Shown here piece by piece: positions 19,424 to 28,838 of a stretch of DNA of 64,000 nucleotides. How positions within the stretch are numbered: position 1 is the stretch's first letter; every line of letters begins with the position of its first letter. The stretch is from a virus. The stretch covers positions 32,001-96,000 of IMG/VR virus record IMGVR_UViG_3300045912_000789. One strand, 5' to 3'. Made by a program: the position numbers and the translations under genes. The notes beneath the pieces were generated by a model that did not search any database, was not told the DNA's origin, and saw only the letters and a program-made list of their open reading frames with translations.

Positions 19424-22400
19424 ATGGCTCTCCCGACTTCGCCGACCTGGACTCTCGCCGACTTCAGCGGCCCCACGCTGGGCAGCCTGCTGTCGCTGGG
19501 CCCCAGTGATCTCACGATCACCCCGTCGACGTCGCCCTACTTCTCGTACAACGACGACTTCAGCGTCCTGACAGCTCGGTCGGCCGACGGAGCCCTGGCG
19601 ATGCTGGACTTCCACGTCCCGATTCCGCCTCGGTTCACGGTCGAGATGACGCTGCGGTTCCCCGAGATGCCACACAACCTCGCCGACCTCGAATCGCGAC
19701 GCGCGGGCCTCACCGTCGCCGATGACGGTGGACGCGGCATCGCGATCTACTTCGCTACCACCGGTCTGGCGGTCAGCCGAGTCGACGACTTCGGGAGCGT
19801 GACCGCGCTACCCGACACCACCGACACCACCGAGGAGATCGCCGTCACGTTCAAGACGATCCGCGTGGCCGTCGATTCGGGGCTCGGTCGTGCGTACGTC
19901 TTCATCGGGAACGAGTCCACCGTGGACCCCGAGGTCCGGTTCATCCTGCCGGTCGAGGCGACGCCGGCGACGGTGCTCGACGTCTTCCGCCTCTTCGTGA
20001 AGGGACTCTCGACGCAGCCTAGCCGAGTCGAGATCAAGGCGCTGCGGCTCGCCGGAGATCTGGTCATCCCGAACTTCCCGCCGACCGCCATCGCTGGGCC
20101 GGATCGGGTGGCTCCCGTCGGACAGGCGGTGCGCTTCGACGGCCGGTCCAGCTTCGACATCGAGGGGGCGCCGCTCACCTACCTCTGGAGGATCTTCGAC
20201 GCCCCGTTCGGCTCGCAGTACGCCGCCGAGAACAGCTCGGGCTCGACGGTGGACGACGGCGACGCCGATGGGTTCACCGATCTGCTCAGCTTCACCCCGA
20301 ACTCGCTCCCCGGCTGGGTGGCGCCCGGAGACATGCTCCGCATCGGAGCTGCTCGGCACATCATCGCCACCGTCGACAACCCCGGGGGACAGCTCACGAC
20401 CGAGGCCGAGACGATCCCCGACAACCTGTCGAACGTCCCGTTCCGCATCATCGATCAGAGCGCGCTCGTGGGCTCCGACACCGAGACCCCGTACCTCGTG
20501 GCGGACGTCCAGGGCGTCTACCGGGTCGAGTTGATCGTGAACGACGGCGAGTCCGACAGCGAGCCGGCCGAAGCTCTGGCCAGCATCGTCGGGGCCCGCG
20601 CCCCCTTCGGGGTCGAGCCGGACGTCTCCCCGATCTGGAAGGCGCTGGGTGACGAGTGGCAGCTCGTGCGCGGCAAGGAGGTCTTCGAGGAATCCTGGCG
20701 AGGGGTCGCGCAGATCCTGGCCGGGAGGCTGCTGGAGGTCTGGCAGCATCACTACAACTACAGCCTCCGCGATGCGCAGCGCACCTTCCAGCGCAAGTGG
20801 GTCGCGTACCGGTCGCTCATCACGGAGACAGATCCGGATGGTGCTGTGATCTCTCCGCGCTACGGCCTGGTGCGCGCCTCCCACGAGTTCGAGACCAGCG
20901 CTCCGGCCGTGGTGGGGCAGACCCTCGTGTTTGAGTACTTCACCGGCACGAGCGCTACGGCGGTCGAGCAGCGCACGGTCATCCTGACCGGCACCAGTCT
21001 GGCCAGCATCATCGCAGACGTGAACGCCGCGATGGTCGGCACCGGGATCTCGGCCTTCGGGTACGCGCTTCGCCGCGGTGACGCCACGTACCGCGCCATC
21101 ATCACGGGCGGCTCCACGACCGACGACGGAGACGGCGACGGGCTGACGCTGACGCTGTCGTTCCCCCCGCTCTCGCTCCCGTCGTGGGTGGCGGCGGGGG
21201 ACACGCTGGTCCTCGGGGGAGAACGCTTCACGATCGCTACGGTGAACAACCCCGGAGGCTCGCTCACGATCACGGCCGAAGAGCTGCCCGACAACCTGTC
21301 GGGTGTCACCTTCGTCGTCTACCGGATCGCTCGGCTCGGCTTCAAGGGGATGCGCGGGTTCCGGATCGCGTCCGGCACCGCCATGGCGACGCTGGGCATC
21401 ACCACGGCGTACAACTACCTGGAGGGTCTGGATGGGGCGCTGGTCACCGACCGAACGTACTACGCAGGCGACGGCGTCGACCTCAGCGAGCACGGCGTCA
21501 GTCGTGGTGATCTGCTCGTTCTCAACAACGGCCAGTCGTTCCGGATCGACCGCATTCTCACGGCCCAGGACGACCCCCTCCCCGGGCAGCGCCTTCTCCT
21601 CGTCGACGAACTGCCTTTCGACGCCAGCGAGTCTTGGAGCATCCCGTCGATCGTCCGATCGACCGTGGTCGACTACGAGTTCGAGGGCGCGTACCCGGGA
21701 GATCTCGTCAAGGCAGAGGTCTTCGATGCCGAGACGAACACCACCACGGATGTCCTGGGTCGTGTCGTGGCTCAGAAGGGCACGCAGCTCGCCGCGAACC
21801 TGACCGGGTTCTTCGGCGCGCTGCTCGACGACGAGCGGTACGAGATCCGGCTCCTGGGTGTGAAGCGGCGCAAGGCGATGCCGATCGCCGAAGACGTCGT
21901 CAGCATCCCCCGGCTCCAGGACATCATCCCCGTCAACAAGTACGACGAGAACGGCGCCAAGGTCCCCTCTGGCCAGACGATCTGGCGGGAGAACGAGCAC
22001 TACGTGCTGGAGCCGTTCTACCGAGACATCGGGGGCGCGCCCATCCCGCAGCTCCAGTTCCGGGACTCGGTCTTCATCGACCCCGACCTCGAACCGCCCG
22101 ACATCTTCTGGGCCGAGCTGACGATCTTCAGCAACGACCAGAACGTCGAGGACCTGTTCGGTCGGCTCGCTGGGTTCCTGCGCGACGATGCCTCCGTCTT
22201 CTCGTCCGACTTCAACTACGTCTCGGGCGTGGCGGGCCTGATCTACGCTCAGCAGCGCGGCCCGAGCGTGGAGGCTGTCCGCGTCGGTGCCCAGATCCTC
22301 TTCGGCCAGCCGTTCGCCGAGGTCTCCGGGACCATCGAGGAGATCAGCGACGACTTCTCGCCCACCACAGGCCGGATGCTCGTACGCGACTCCACTGGGG

Positions 22401-23152
22401 ACCCGAGTGTTCAGTCCGAGATCGTCCGGACCTACTACTACCGCAAGGACCCACTCGACCTGACCTCGACGAGCGGTCTGGCGGTGAACCCGAAGACGGG
22501 CGTGCCGTGGGCGGTGGGCGACACCATCCCGCAGTTCTCCCCCATCGGGGCAGGCGTCGAGATCATCGACCTGTACAACGACCCGAAGTGGTACGTGCCG
22601 TACGTCCGCAGCGGGCTGATGACCGAGATCGAGAAGTTCCACACCTTCCTCGTCCGGTACAACCTGGATTTCGTCACCCTGGCGAACCTCAGCCTGCTCT
22701 TCAACTTCATCACCACGGTGAAGCCGACGTACACGCACCACATGCTCGTGGGTCTTCGGCAGGCCGAGGAGGACATCGACGTCCAGGACGACCTCCGAAT
22801 GACGCTGGTGATGCACCTCTACGACAGCGTCTGCGGATCGCCGCGAGCCTTCATGTACGACGACTACCGCGGCGACGGGACGATCTGGTCCCTGTTCGAT
22901 GACGGGCTCACGTACTACGACGGCATCGTCGACTGCCCGCTCGACATCATCGAGTTCGTCCTCACGATCGTGTGGGGAGGCGGGATCATCACCTACGACT
23001 CGATCTTCTTCTTCGACACGCAGGTGGAGGACGTGAGCGGTACGCTGGGTCCGCCGGGCTCCTTCTTCACCCCGACCTATGATATGAATCTACCGGCAGG
23101 TACCTACCGCGTGACCGCGACGATCAAAGGCGGAGGAGTCGTGCTTCTATGA
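19424..23152 (+). CDS. Large baseplate/tail structural protein with PKD domain and internal repeat (1242 aa)
   Basis: PKD signature PPTAIAGPD...FDGRSSFDIEGAPLTYLW; C-terminal VKPTYTH resembles wedge/tail I-like proteins. Confidence 0.7.
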   Translation: MALPTSPTWTLADFSGPTLGSLLSLGPSDLTITPSTSPYFSYNDDFSVLTARSADGALAMLDFHVPIPPRFTVEMTLRFPEMPHNLADLESRRAGLTVADDGGRGIAIYFATTGLAVSRVDDFGSVTALPDTTDTTEEIAVTFKTIRVAVDSGLGRAYVFIGNESTVDPEVRFILPVEATPATVLDVFRLFVKGLSTQPSRVEIKALRLAGDLVIPNFPPTAIAGPDRVAPVGQAVRFDGRSSFDIEGAPLTYLWRIFDAPFGSQYAAENSSGSTVDDGDADGFTDLLSFTPNSLPGWVAPGDMLRIGAARHIIATVDNPGGQLTTEAETIPDNLSNVPFRIIDQSALVGSDTETPYLVADVQGVYRVELIVNDGESDSEPAEALASIVGARAPFGVEPDVSPIWKALGDEWQLVRGKEVFEESWRGVAQILAGRLLEVWQHHYNYSLRDAQRTFQRKWVAYRSLITETDPDGAVISPRYGLVRASHEFETSAPAVVGQTLVFEYFTGTSATAVEQRTVILTGTSLASIIADVNAAMVGTGISAFGYALRRGDATYRAIITGGSTTDDGDGDGLTLTLSFPPLSLPSWVAAGDTLVLGGERFTIATVNNPGGSLTITAEELPDNLSGVTFVVYRIARLGFKGMRGFRIASGTAMATLGITTAYNYLEGLDGALVTDRTYYAGDGVDLSEHGVSRGDLLVLNNGQSFRIDRILTAQDDPLPGQRLLLVDELPFDASESWSIPSIVRSTVVDYEFEGAYPGDLVKAEVFDAETNTTTDVLGRVVAQKGTQLAANLTGFFGALLDDERYEIRLLGVKRRKAMPIAEDVVSIPRLQDIIPVNKYDENGAKVPSGQTIWRENEHYVLEPFYRDIGGAPIPQLQFRDSVFIDPDLEPPDIFWAELTIFSNDQNVEDLFGRLAGFLRDDASVFSSDFNYVSGVAGLIYAQQRGPSVEAVRVGAQILFGQPFAEVSGTIEEISDDFSPTTGRMLVRDSTGDPSVQSEIVRTYYYRKDPLDLTSTSGLAVNPKTGVPWAVGDTIPQFSPIGAGVEIIDLYNDPKWYVPYVRSGLMTEIEKFHTFLVRYNLDFVTLANLSLLFNFITTVKPTYTHHMLVGLRQAEEDIDVQDDLRMTLVMHLYDSVCGSPRAFMYDDYRGDGTIWSLFDDGLTYYDGIVDCPLDIIEFVLTIVWGGGIITYDSIFFFDTQVEDVSGTLGPPGSFFTPTYDMNLPAGTYRVTATIKGGGVVLL
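20240..21322 (+). repeat. Two copies of an approximately 70-aa domain (about 20240-20452 and 21110-21322)
   Basis: GSTVDDGDADG...SLPGWVAPGD...IATVDNPGG...PDNLS versus GSTTDDGDGDG...SLPSWVAAGD...IATVNNPGG...PDNLS. Confidence 0.85.
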
Positions 23153-23781
23153 TGATCCTGACGGAGAAGATCGAGGCCACCTGGAACCTCGAAATCGACC
23201 TGATCGAGCGCGGCAAGAAGCGGCGGTGGCATCAGCGCACGCACAACATCGTCGTCAACACCGGACGCCAGATGTTCTGCGAGGTCATCACGCCGCAGTC
23301 GCTCGGGGTCGGCAGCTTCGTCCGGCACCAGGACACGGTCGTCCGCTACATCGGCTTCGGCATCGGCGGCAACCGGCAGAACAGCTCGTCGGCCTCCGGC
23401 GCGCCCTACTCGGTCGACTACCCCGGCACGAACGTGCAGACCGACACCGACGTGACGGTCGCGCGGCTGGAGCGCCCGGTGCGGGTCACCGCGGCCCCGC
23501 TCTGGATGCGGGAGATCTCCACCCCGGGCACGTTCCCCACCACGACCAGCACGCGGTTCATCGCGGTCTTCTCGGAGACCGACATCAACTACGGCGGCTA
23601 CACCAGCGTCCCGCTCTCGGAGATCGGTCTCTACAAGAGCAGCGCGGATCCTTCGCTACCCAACGGGTCGGCGGGAGCGTATCCTGGGACCGGCGGCCAC
23701 ACCATGGCCTACGACACCTTCGACACCATCCACAAGACGGGCCTGTTCTCGATCGAGGTGCGGTGGGAGTTCCGGTTCTGA
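23149..23781 (+). CDS. Baseplate/tail-fibre attachment protein (210 aa)
   Basis: HNIVVNTGR...YIGFGIG...LSEIGLY...IHKT...VRWEFRF pattern of phage tail-collar/baseplate proteins. Confidence 0.65.
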   Translation: MMILTEKIEATWNLEIDLIERGKKRRWHQRTHNIVVNTGRQMFCEVITPQSLGVGSFVRHQDTVVRYIGFGIGGNRQNSSSASGAPYSVDYPGTNVQTDTDVTVARLERPVRVTAAPLWMREISTPGTFPTTTSTRFIAVFSETDINYGGYTSVPLSEIGLYKSSADPSLPNGSAGAYPGTGGHTMAYDTFDTIHKTGLFSIEVRWEFRF

Positions 23782-23803
23782 GCAACCCGAGCGAGGCTGA
23801 CAC

Positions 23804-26089
23804 ATGGCGATCAAGACGAAGGAGGAGATGTTCGGCGACGGCGGCGGCTTCGGTCCCGCCGTTCCGTACTCCACCACGAACCCTCCGGGCACGAGCGCCG
23901 GGAACCGGGGCATCCAGTTCGGTGAGCAGCTCACAGCGGCCATCGCGAACCGGACCCACTACGCGCTCGCCCTGAACGACGAGGACCTCAACGCCCGCCT
24001 CGCCTCGTTCGAGGTGGGCGGCCTCAACGGCGCCTACGACAACGGCACCGTGGGCCCGTCCGGCGGAGGACGCGACATCACGAAGGACGCCGGCGCGGTC
24101 GAGACCGTCAGCTCGGTGGGCGCGATGTCGGGCGACACCGTCCGGGACAACGCGCACTTCCGGGCGAACGCGCTCGGCGACACCGCCGGCGGCTCGGTCG
24201 GCTTCGACTTCCTCGCTCGTCGCGTCGGCGCGAGCGGCCAGAGCGGATTCGACGCCATCGCCGGCCTGCTCGATCGTCGGGTGTTCGCGAAGACCACCGG
24301 CCTGACGCAGCTCACGAACTCGAACGTCGCCACGCTGAACCCGGGCGGCGCGCTGGCCACCACGGTGCGGCTGTCGGCCGGCCAGTTCCACAGCGGCGGC
24401 AACACGGATCTAGCGCGAGGCTACGATCTCGTCCAGATCAGTGGCACCGCAGGCTCCGACGGTCTCTACATCTTCTCGAACGTCGGCGGCCTGACCACCG
24501 ACGCCATCCTGGAGACCCTGGACGGTGGAGCGCCGGCGTTCGTCGCGAACGAGGCGTGCACGATCACGGTCTACCGGATCCGCTTCGGCACGTTCGGCAG
24601 CTTCACGAACCGCACGCGACTCTCGGCGGCGGTCTCGGTCGGCATGCCGGATGCCACGTCGGCCCTCGATGTCCTCGCTGCGCGGAACCAGAGCGACACC
24701 CCGGCCGGTGGGTCGGATCGCGCTCTCCGGGTGATGCGGAAGAACAACGACGGCTCCACCGAAGAGGGCCTGGTGATCGATCACCTGGGCCGGATGGAGC
24801 AACTGCTCGATCGATCGTCGGACATCATCGACGAAGTCGACAAGAACGTCCGGATGGGCGGTTACTACACGTGGAAGCAGTACGCCACGAACCCCGGAGT
24901 CGGGCACGTCCTCCAGTCGTACTCCACGATCTCGAATCGTTACGACTTCCTGTCCCTCGTGCCGTTCGACCCCGCGGTGGTTCCCGCGATCACGCCGCTG
25001 ACCGGCGTGACCATGACGTTCACGGCGAACTCGCCGGTCACCGGCGAGTTGCTCTTCAACGCGCCGCAGAGCGCGAACCTGCCGTTCTACCTGTTCGGCA
25101 TCGGCATGTTCGTCGAGATTTCGGGAGCCAGCACGGCCAACGGGCTCTACTACGTCGCCGAGCACATCGTGTCCGGTAACCAGGGCTTCCTGCTGCGTCG
25201 CGCCGACAACTCGGTCCCGACGCACTTCCCGGCAGCGGGCACGTGCACGCTCAACGCCGTCTACAGCTCGTCGGGTCTCGGACGGAAGGTGAACTTCCCC
25301 AACGCTCTCGGCCTCTCCGGAAGCGGCGCGACTGTCACCGCACACAACGTCCTCTCGGGCGGTCCCGAGGTGGATTCGGCGGCGCTCGCGCTGTTCATGC
25401 CGGACAAGACCATCGGCGGAGGCACGCGATCGTTCATCAAGATGTTCGCGTCCGCTCCCGGTCTCGGTGACAACTTCGGAGAGGCGGTGTCGATCGACGC
25501 GGATGGTGACATCCGAACGGTTGGCGTCGTCACGTCGCTTGGTCACGTCACCGGTGACCAGATGACGGTCTCCGGTAACTACTTCATCACGTGTGCACAG
25601 ACCGATCGCACGATCAACGTCGATCTGCGGAACGGCTACCCCGAGGAAGACGCATCCGGGAATCCTCTCTGGAGGTTCGACCGCACGAACGGCTGGTGGG
25701 AGCTGATCACCCTGGGCGGTGGTGGCGACTCTGCGCTCTACTTCCCGATCATGTTCACCGGGCGACTGATGCAGACGTATGCGCAGTCGTTCTCGTCGGC
25801 GGGCAGCATCCACACGGTCTACGCGGCTCTCCAGATCACGACCCCGAACTGGGGTACTCCGGCCAATCCCCCTGGTGTCACCAACGCGAACGAGTCCTCG
25901 ATCTCGTTCGGTAACGGCGTCTGGGGCGAGGGCTTCATCAGCCACAGCCTCGGGTCGGGTACGCTGATCAACCTGGGCTCCAACAACTACGCGATTCGCA
26001 TTCGTGGTGAGCGTGTGGGCGACAGGCTGCGGGCCCTCAAGCACGTCGTCCGCTACACCAGAATCGGACCGGGCGGCATCGGAGGCTGA
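23804..26089 (+). CDS. Tail fibre / receptor-binding protein (761 aa)
   Basis: Gly/Ser/Thr/Asn-rich modular protein after the baseplate genes; AIANRTHYAL resembles the N-terminal anchor of fibres. Confidence 0.65.
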   Translation: MAIKTKEEMFGDGGGFGPAVPYSTTNPPGTSAGNRGIQFGEQLTAAIANRTHYALALNDEDLNARLASFEVGGLNGAYDNGTVGPSGGGRDITKDAGAVETVSSVGAMSGDTVRDNAHFRANALGDTAGGSVGFDFLARRVGASGQSGFDAIAGLLDRRVFAKTTGLTQLTNSNVATLNPGGALATTVRLSAGQFHSGGNTDLARGYDLVQISGTAGSDGLYIFSNVGGLTTDAILETLDGGAPAFVANEACTITVYRIRFGTFGSFTNRTRLSAAVSVGMPDATSALDVLAARNQSDTPAGGSDRALRVMRKNNDGSTEEGLVIDHLGRMEQLLDRSSDIIDEVDKNVRMGGYYTWKQYATNPGVGHVLQSYSTISNRYDFLSLVPFDPAVVPAITPLTGVTMTFTANSPVTGELLFNAPQSANLPFYLFGIGMFVEISGASTANGLYYVAEHIVSGNQGFLLRRADNSVPTHFPAAGTCTLNAVYSSSGLGRKVNFPNALGLSGSGATVTAHNVLSGGPEVDSAALALFMPDKTIGGGTRSFIKMFASAPGLGDNFGEAVSIDADGDIRTVGVVTSLGHVTGDQMTVSGNYFITCAQTDRTINVDLRNGYPEEDASGNPLWRFDRTNGWWELITLGGGGDSALYFPIMFTGRLMQTYAQSFSSAGSIHTVYAALQITTPNWGTPANPPGVTNANESSISFGNGVWGEGFISHSLGSGTLINLGSNNYAIRIRGERVGDRLRALKHVVRYTRIGPGGIGG

Positions 26090-26091
26090 TC

Positions 26092-26283
26092 ATGAAGATC
26101 CTTCAGTGTGGGCAGCCGGGCTGCCTCAACAGCATCTCCTGCCCGGACCAGATGTCCGACGCGGACGTCGAGAAGGTCGCCGAGAAGAACGGCTGGACGA
26201 AGCAGGAGGACGGGACGTGGAAGGGCTGCTCGGCCCCTCAGTCCTGCCCCATGGCGCAGCCCGAGCCGACGGAGGAAGCATGA
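26092..26283 (+). CDS. Small Cys-rich protein (63 aa)
   Basis: SD GGAGG; five Cys; coupled to the next gene by ATGA. Confidence 0.6.
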   Translation: MKILQCGQPGCLNSISCPDQMSDADVEKVAEKNGWTKQEDGTWKGCSAPQSCPMAQPEPTEEA

Positions 26284-26768
26284 ACCCCATCGAGATTATC
26301 TACTCCTGGCAGGCCCTGCTCGTGGCCTGCGCGGCGACCGGGCTGACCCAGCTCACGAAGGTGATCATCGACATCGGGCGCGGGCATCGGCACGCGGTCC
26401 CGACACCGACCGTCCGCGACATGGCGAAGGTCGGCAAGGAGCTGCGCGAGAGCCGAGAGGAGCTGTTCAACCGCGTCCTCAACCGCCTCATCCTGCCGGG
26501 TCTGCCGATCGTCTACGGCACGGCATGCGCGTGCATCGTGCCGGCACGTCCCGAGGTCATCATCGAGTACGCGGCCACCCACGAGATCGCAGGTGCCGGC
26601 CTCTACCTGCTCTTCGCGGCGTGGGGTGCAGCGTGCGGGCAGTTCGCCGACTACCTCTTCTCGAAGGCCAAGGGCGCGATGGAGGTCTTCGCTCGCTCGG
26701 GCGGAAGCTCGTCGAGCAGCTCGAAGCCGCCCGAGGCCGACGAGAAGGACGAGGAGAACGCTGGGTGA
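26280..26768 (+). CDS. Putative holin (about three TM segments, charged C-terminal tail, 162 aa)
   Basis: Hydrophobic segments WQALLVACAATGLT, LILPGLPIVYGTACACIV and GLYLLFAAWGAAC; near spanin-like genes. Confidence 0.55.
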   Translation: MNPIEIIYSWQALLVACAATGLTQLTKVIIDIGRGHRHAVPTPTVRDMAKVGKELRESREELFNRVLNRLILPGLPIVYGTACACIVPARPEVIIEYAATHEIAGAGLYLLFAAWGAACGQFADYLFSKAKGAMEVFARSGGSSSSSSKPPEADEKDEENAG

Positions 26769-27466
26769 TGGATCCGGTCTTCCAGGTGTTCAGTGAGGAG
26801 CTGGAGAAGCGCGCGATCAGCGTCGGGCTTCTCCAGCGGACTCTCGCGGGTCGTGCGGCGCAGGGCGTCGGCGGTGCCGCCGCGCTCGGCCGCCAGGTCG
26901 CCGGTGCCGCAGCCGGCGGGGCCACGACGGCGCGCCAGGCTCTCGCTGCCGGCGGCGGGCTCGCGAAGGCGCGCATGGGCGGAGTCGTCGAGGGCGGGCT
27001 CGCCGCGCGCCGTGTCGAGTCAGCGTGGTCGGGCCCGAAGTCCGGGCTGCTCGCTCGCGTGCAGGCCGCCGAGGCGATGCCGGCCGCGCAGCGCTACGAC
27101 ATGTCGCGCCCGCTCCGCACCCACGAAGGCTACATGGGCGGCGAGCACGCGTACTCCGCAGCGCACCTGAAGCTGATCACCGGTGGCGCCGGTGTGATCC
27201 ACGACCCGAAGGGGCTGATGCGTGCGCAGCCGGCCGTGAGCGCGACGGGTGCCACGCAGATCGCTCCCACCCAGATCGCCGACCGCACGCAGCTCGGGCA
27301 AGTCGGTGGTCGTCGGATCTCCACGCCCGGCAACCCGTTCGGCGCCGAGGCTGCTGCGGGTGCGCCGGCTCCGCTCCAGCACATCCACTCCAACCCCGCC
27401 GGAGGCACAGCGGTCGCCAAGGTCCGGCGGCGTCCGCTCGGCGCGCCGGCTCCCGCGATGGCGTGA
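26768..27466 (+). CDS. Gly/Ala-rich putative internal head protein with N-terminal F-x-E-E-L-E-K-R-A motif (232 aa)
   Basis: TGATG coupling; begins MDPVFQVFSEELEKRA. Confidence 0.6.
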   Translation: MDPVFQVFSEELEKRAISVGLLQRTLAGRAAQGVGGAAALGRQVAGAAAGGATTARQALAAGGGLAKARMGGVVEGGLAARRVESAWSGPKSGLLARVQAAEAMPAAQRYDMSRPLRTHEGYMGGEHAYSAAHLKLITGGAGVIHDPKGLMRAQPAVSATGATQIAPTQIADRTQLGQVGGRRISTPGNPFGAEAAAGAPAPLQHIHSNPAGGTAVAKVRRRPLGAPAPAMA

Positions 27467-27468
27467 TC

Positions 27469-27843
27469 ATGAAGACCTGGTGGACCGAGAAGGGCTGGCC
27501 CTGGCTCAAGGGCAACTGGTGGGTGCTTCTGCTCCTGCCGCTGATGGCGCTCGTCGCGCTGGGCATGATCATGATGCGGGTGATGGGCGGCAAGACGGTC
27601 GTCGTGGATCCGACCGCGGCGGCCGACGAGCGCGCCCGCATCGAGGCCGAGACCCGGGCTCGTCAGCTCGAAGAGGAGCGGAACCGGCTGGCCCTGGAGC
27701 TGGCGGGGGTCACCCGCGAGCGCGACCAGCTCCGCGAGCAGTTCGAGCAGCGGCTCGCCAACGAGGTCCAGGCCCTCCGGGACGACCCCGAGAAGCTCCG
27801 GCAGGCGATGCTGGAGGCCGGCAAGCCGGGGAGGGGCCGATGA
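27469..27843 (+). CDS. Putative inner-membrane spanin-like protein (N-terminal TM plus coiled coil, 124 aa)
   Basis: WWVLLLLPLMALVALGMIMM followed by an E/R-rich coiled coil. Confidence 0.55.
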   Translation: MKTWWTEKGWPWLKGNWWVLLLLPLMALVALGMIMMRVMGGKTVVVDPTAAADERARIEAETRARQLEEERNRLALELAGVTRERDQLREQFEQRLANEVQALRDDPEKLRQAMLEAGKPGRGR

Positions 27844-28343
27844 GGCTCCTGGCTGCCCTCCTGGCCGTCGTGGCGCTCCTGGGCGCCCCGGAGGCCGTCC
27901 GGGCCCAGGACGAGGCCGCAGAGCCCGCCGTGGAGCCCCGGGAGCCCCCGGACCTGCCCCCGGGGGACGACGTCATCACGGCCGTGGCCGAGGGCTCCAG
28001 GGCGCCCCACAGCGGCATGCTCCTCGACACCGACACCGCCATCCGGTGGACCAACCGGCTGAGCTGGTTCCGGAACGAGCTGCGGCTGGTGATGCGGACC
28101 GACGCGGAGATCCTCGCCGCGGTGCGACGGTCCCACGAGACCGAGCTGCGGCTGGTCCGGGAGAGCTACGAGCGGGAGATCGAGGGGCTGCGCGGCGACC
28201 TTCGGCACCAGGCCGAGACCTTCGCCCAGGCGCAGGCCCGTGAGCACCCCTGGTTCGACACCTTCGCGTTCGGTGCGGTAGTCGGGATCGTGCTCGCCGG
28301 CGTCATCGTAGGTCTCACCGCCTGGGCCGCCAGCTCGATGTGA
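27840..28343 (+). CDS. Exported coiled-coil protein with C-terminal TM anchor (spanin-partner candidate, 167 aa)
   Basis: Signal peptide MRLLAALLAVVALLGAPEAVRA|Q with no lipobox Cys; C-terminal TM FAFGAVVGIVLAGVIVGLTAW; ATGA coupling. Confidence 0.55.
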   Translation: MRLLAALLAVVALLGAPEAVRAQDEAAEPAVEPREPPDLPPGDDVITAVAEGSRAPHSGMLLDTDTAIRWTNRLSWFRNELRLVMRTDAEILAAVRRSHETELRLVRESYEREIEGLRGDLRHQAETFAQAQAREHPWFDTFAFGAVVGIVLAGVIVGLTAWAASSM

Positions 28344-28361
28344 GCAAAGAGCTGGGGAGAG

Positions 28362-28381
28362 CCCCGGGCCGGCGCCCGGGG
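28362..28381. terminator. GC hairpin between convergent genes
   Basis: CCCCGGGC-CGGC-GCCCGGGG; no U tract. Confidence 0.4.
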
Positions 28382-28395
28382 ATCCCCAGAGGTGC

Positions 28396-28791
28396 TCACA
28401 GACCGGGCAAGACCACCTGAATCCAGGTGTCCAGGACCGCCTTGTCGACCGGCTTGGGGAACCACGGCTCGAAGCCGTCGATCGCCCCTCCCTCGCGCCC
28501 CGACATCACGGCGACCGGGAGCCCGGCTTCCTTGGCCTCGCGGTAGACGCGCTCGCCGGCATTGTCGCGCGGGAACTGCTCGTCTTCGCGGAACGGGAAC
28601 TGCCAGTCCGTGAGGACCGCGCCGATCTCACACTTCACCCCGATGAACTCGGCGCCCTCGCGGATGATGCGCACGGCCGTGACCATCGTGGTCGCGCGCA
28701 CCACCTGCACCTTGTGGAGTCCGAGGAGGCGGGTGATGGCGCGAGCCACGTGATCATCGTCTTCGACGAGCAGGATGCACTTCTTGGTCAT
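28396..28791 (-). CDS. Stand-alone response regulator receiver (CheY-like) domain protein
   Basis: ILLVEDD acidic pocket, phosphoacceptor in VLTDWQFP, VMSG and FPKPVD motifs are all present. Confidence 0.85.
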   Translation of the reverse strand: MTKKCILLVEDDDHVARAITRLLGLHKVQVVRATTMVTAVRIIREGAEFIGVKCEIGAVLTDWQFPFREDEQFPRDNAGERVYREAKEAGLPVAVMSGREGGAIDGFEPWFPKPVDKAVLDTWIQVVLPGL

Positions 28792-28813
28792 GTGTTCGGA
28801 TTCTCCTTCTACT

Positions 28814-28822
28814 GCTCATAGG
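28814..28822 (-). promoter_or_regulatory. Class B motif CCTATGAGC
   Basis: Followed by AG and SD AAGGAG before ATG 28791. Confidence 0.6.
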
Positions 28823-28838
28823 GGAATCCGACACGATC

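Noticed and set aside
1272-26089. Contractile injection system / tailocin / T6SS interpretation of the baseplate genes
   Set aside because: A portal and a full DNA replication module in the same window indicate a genuine phage.
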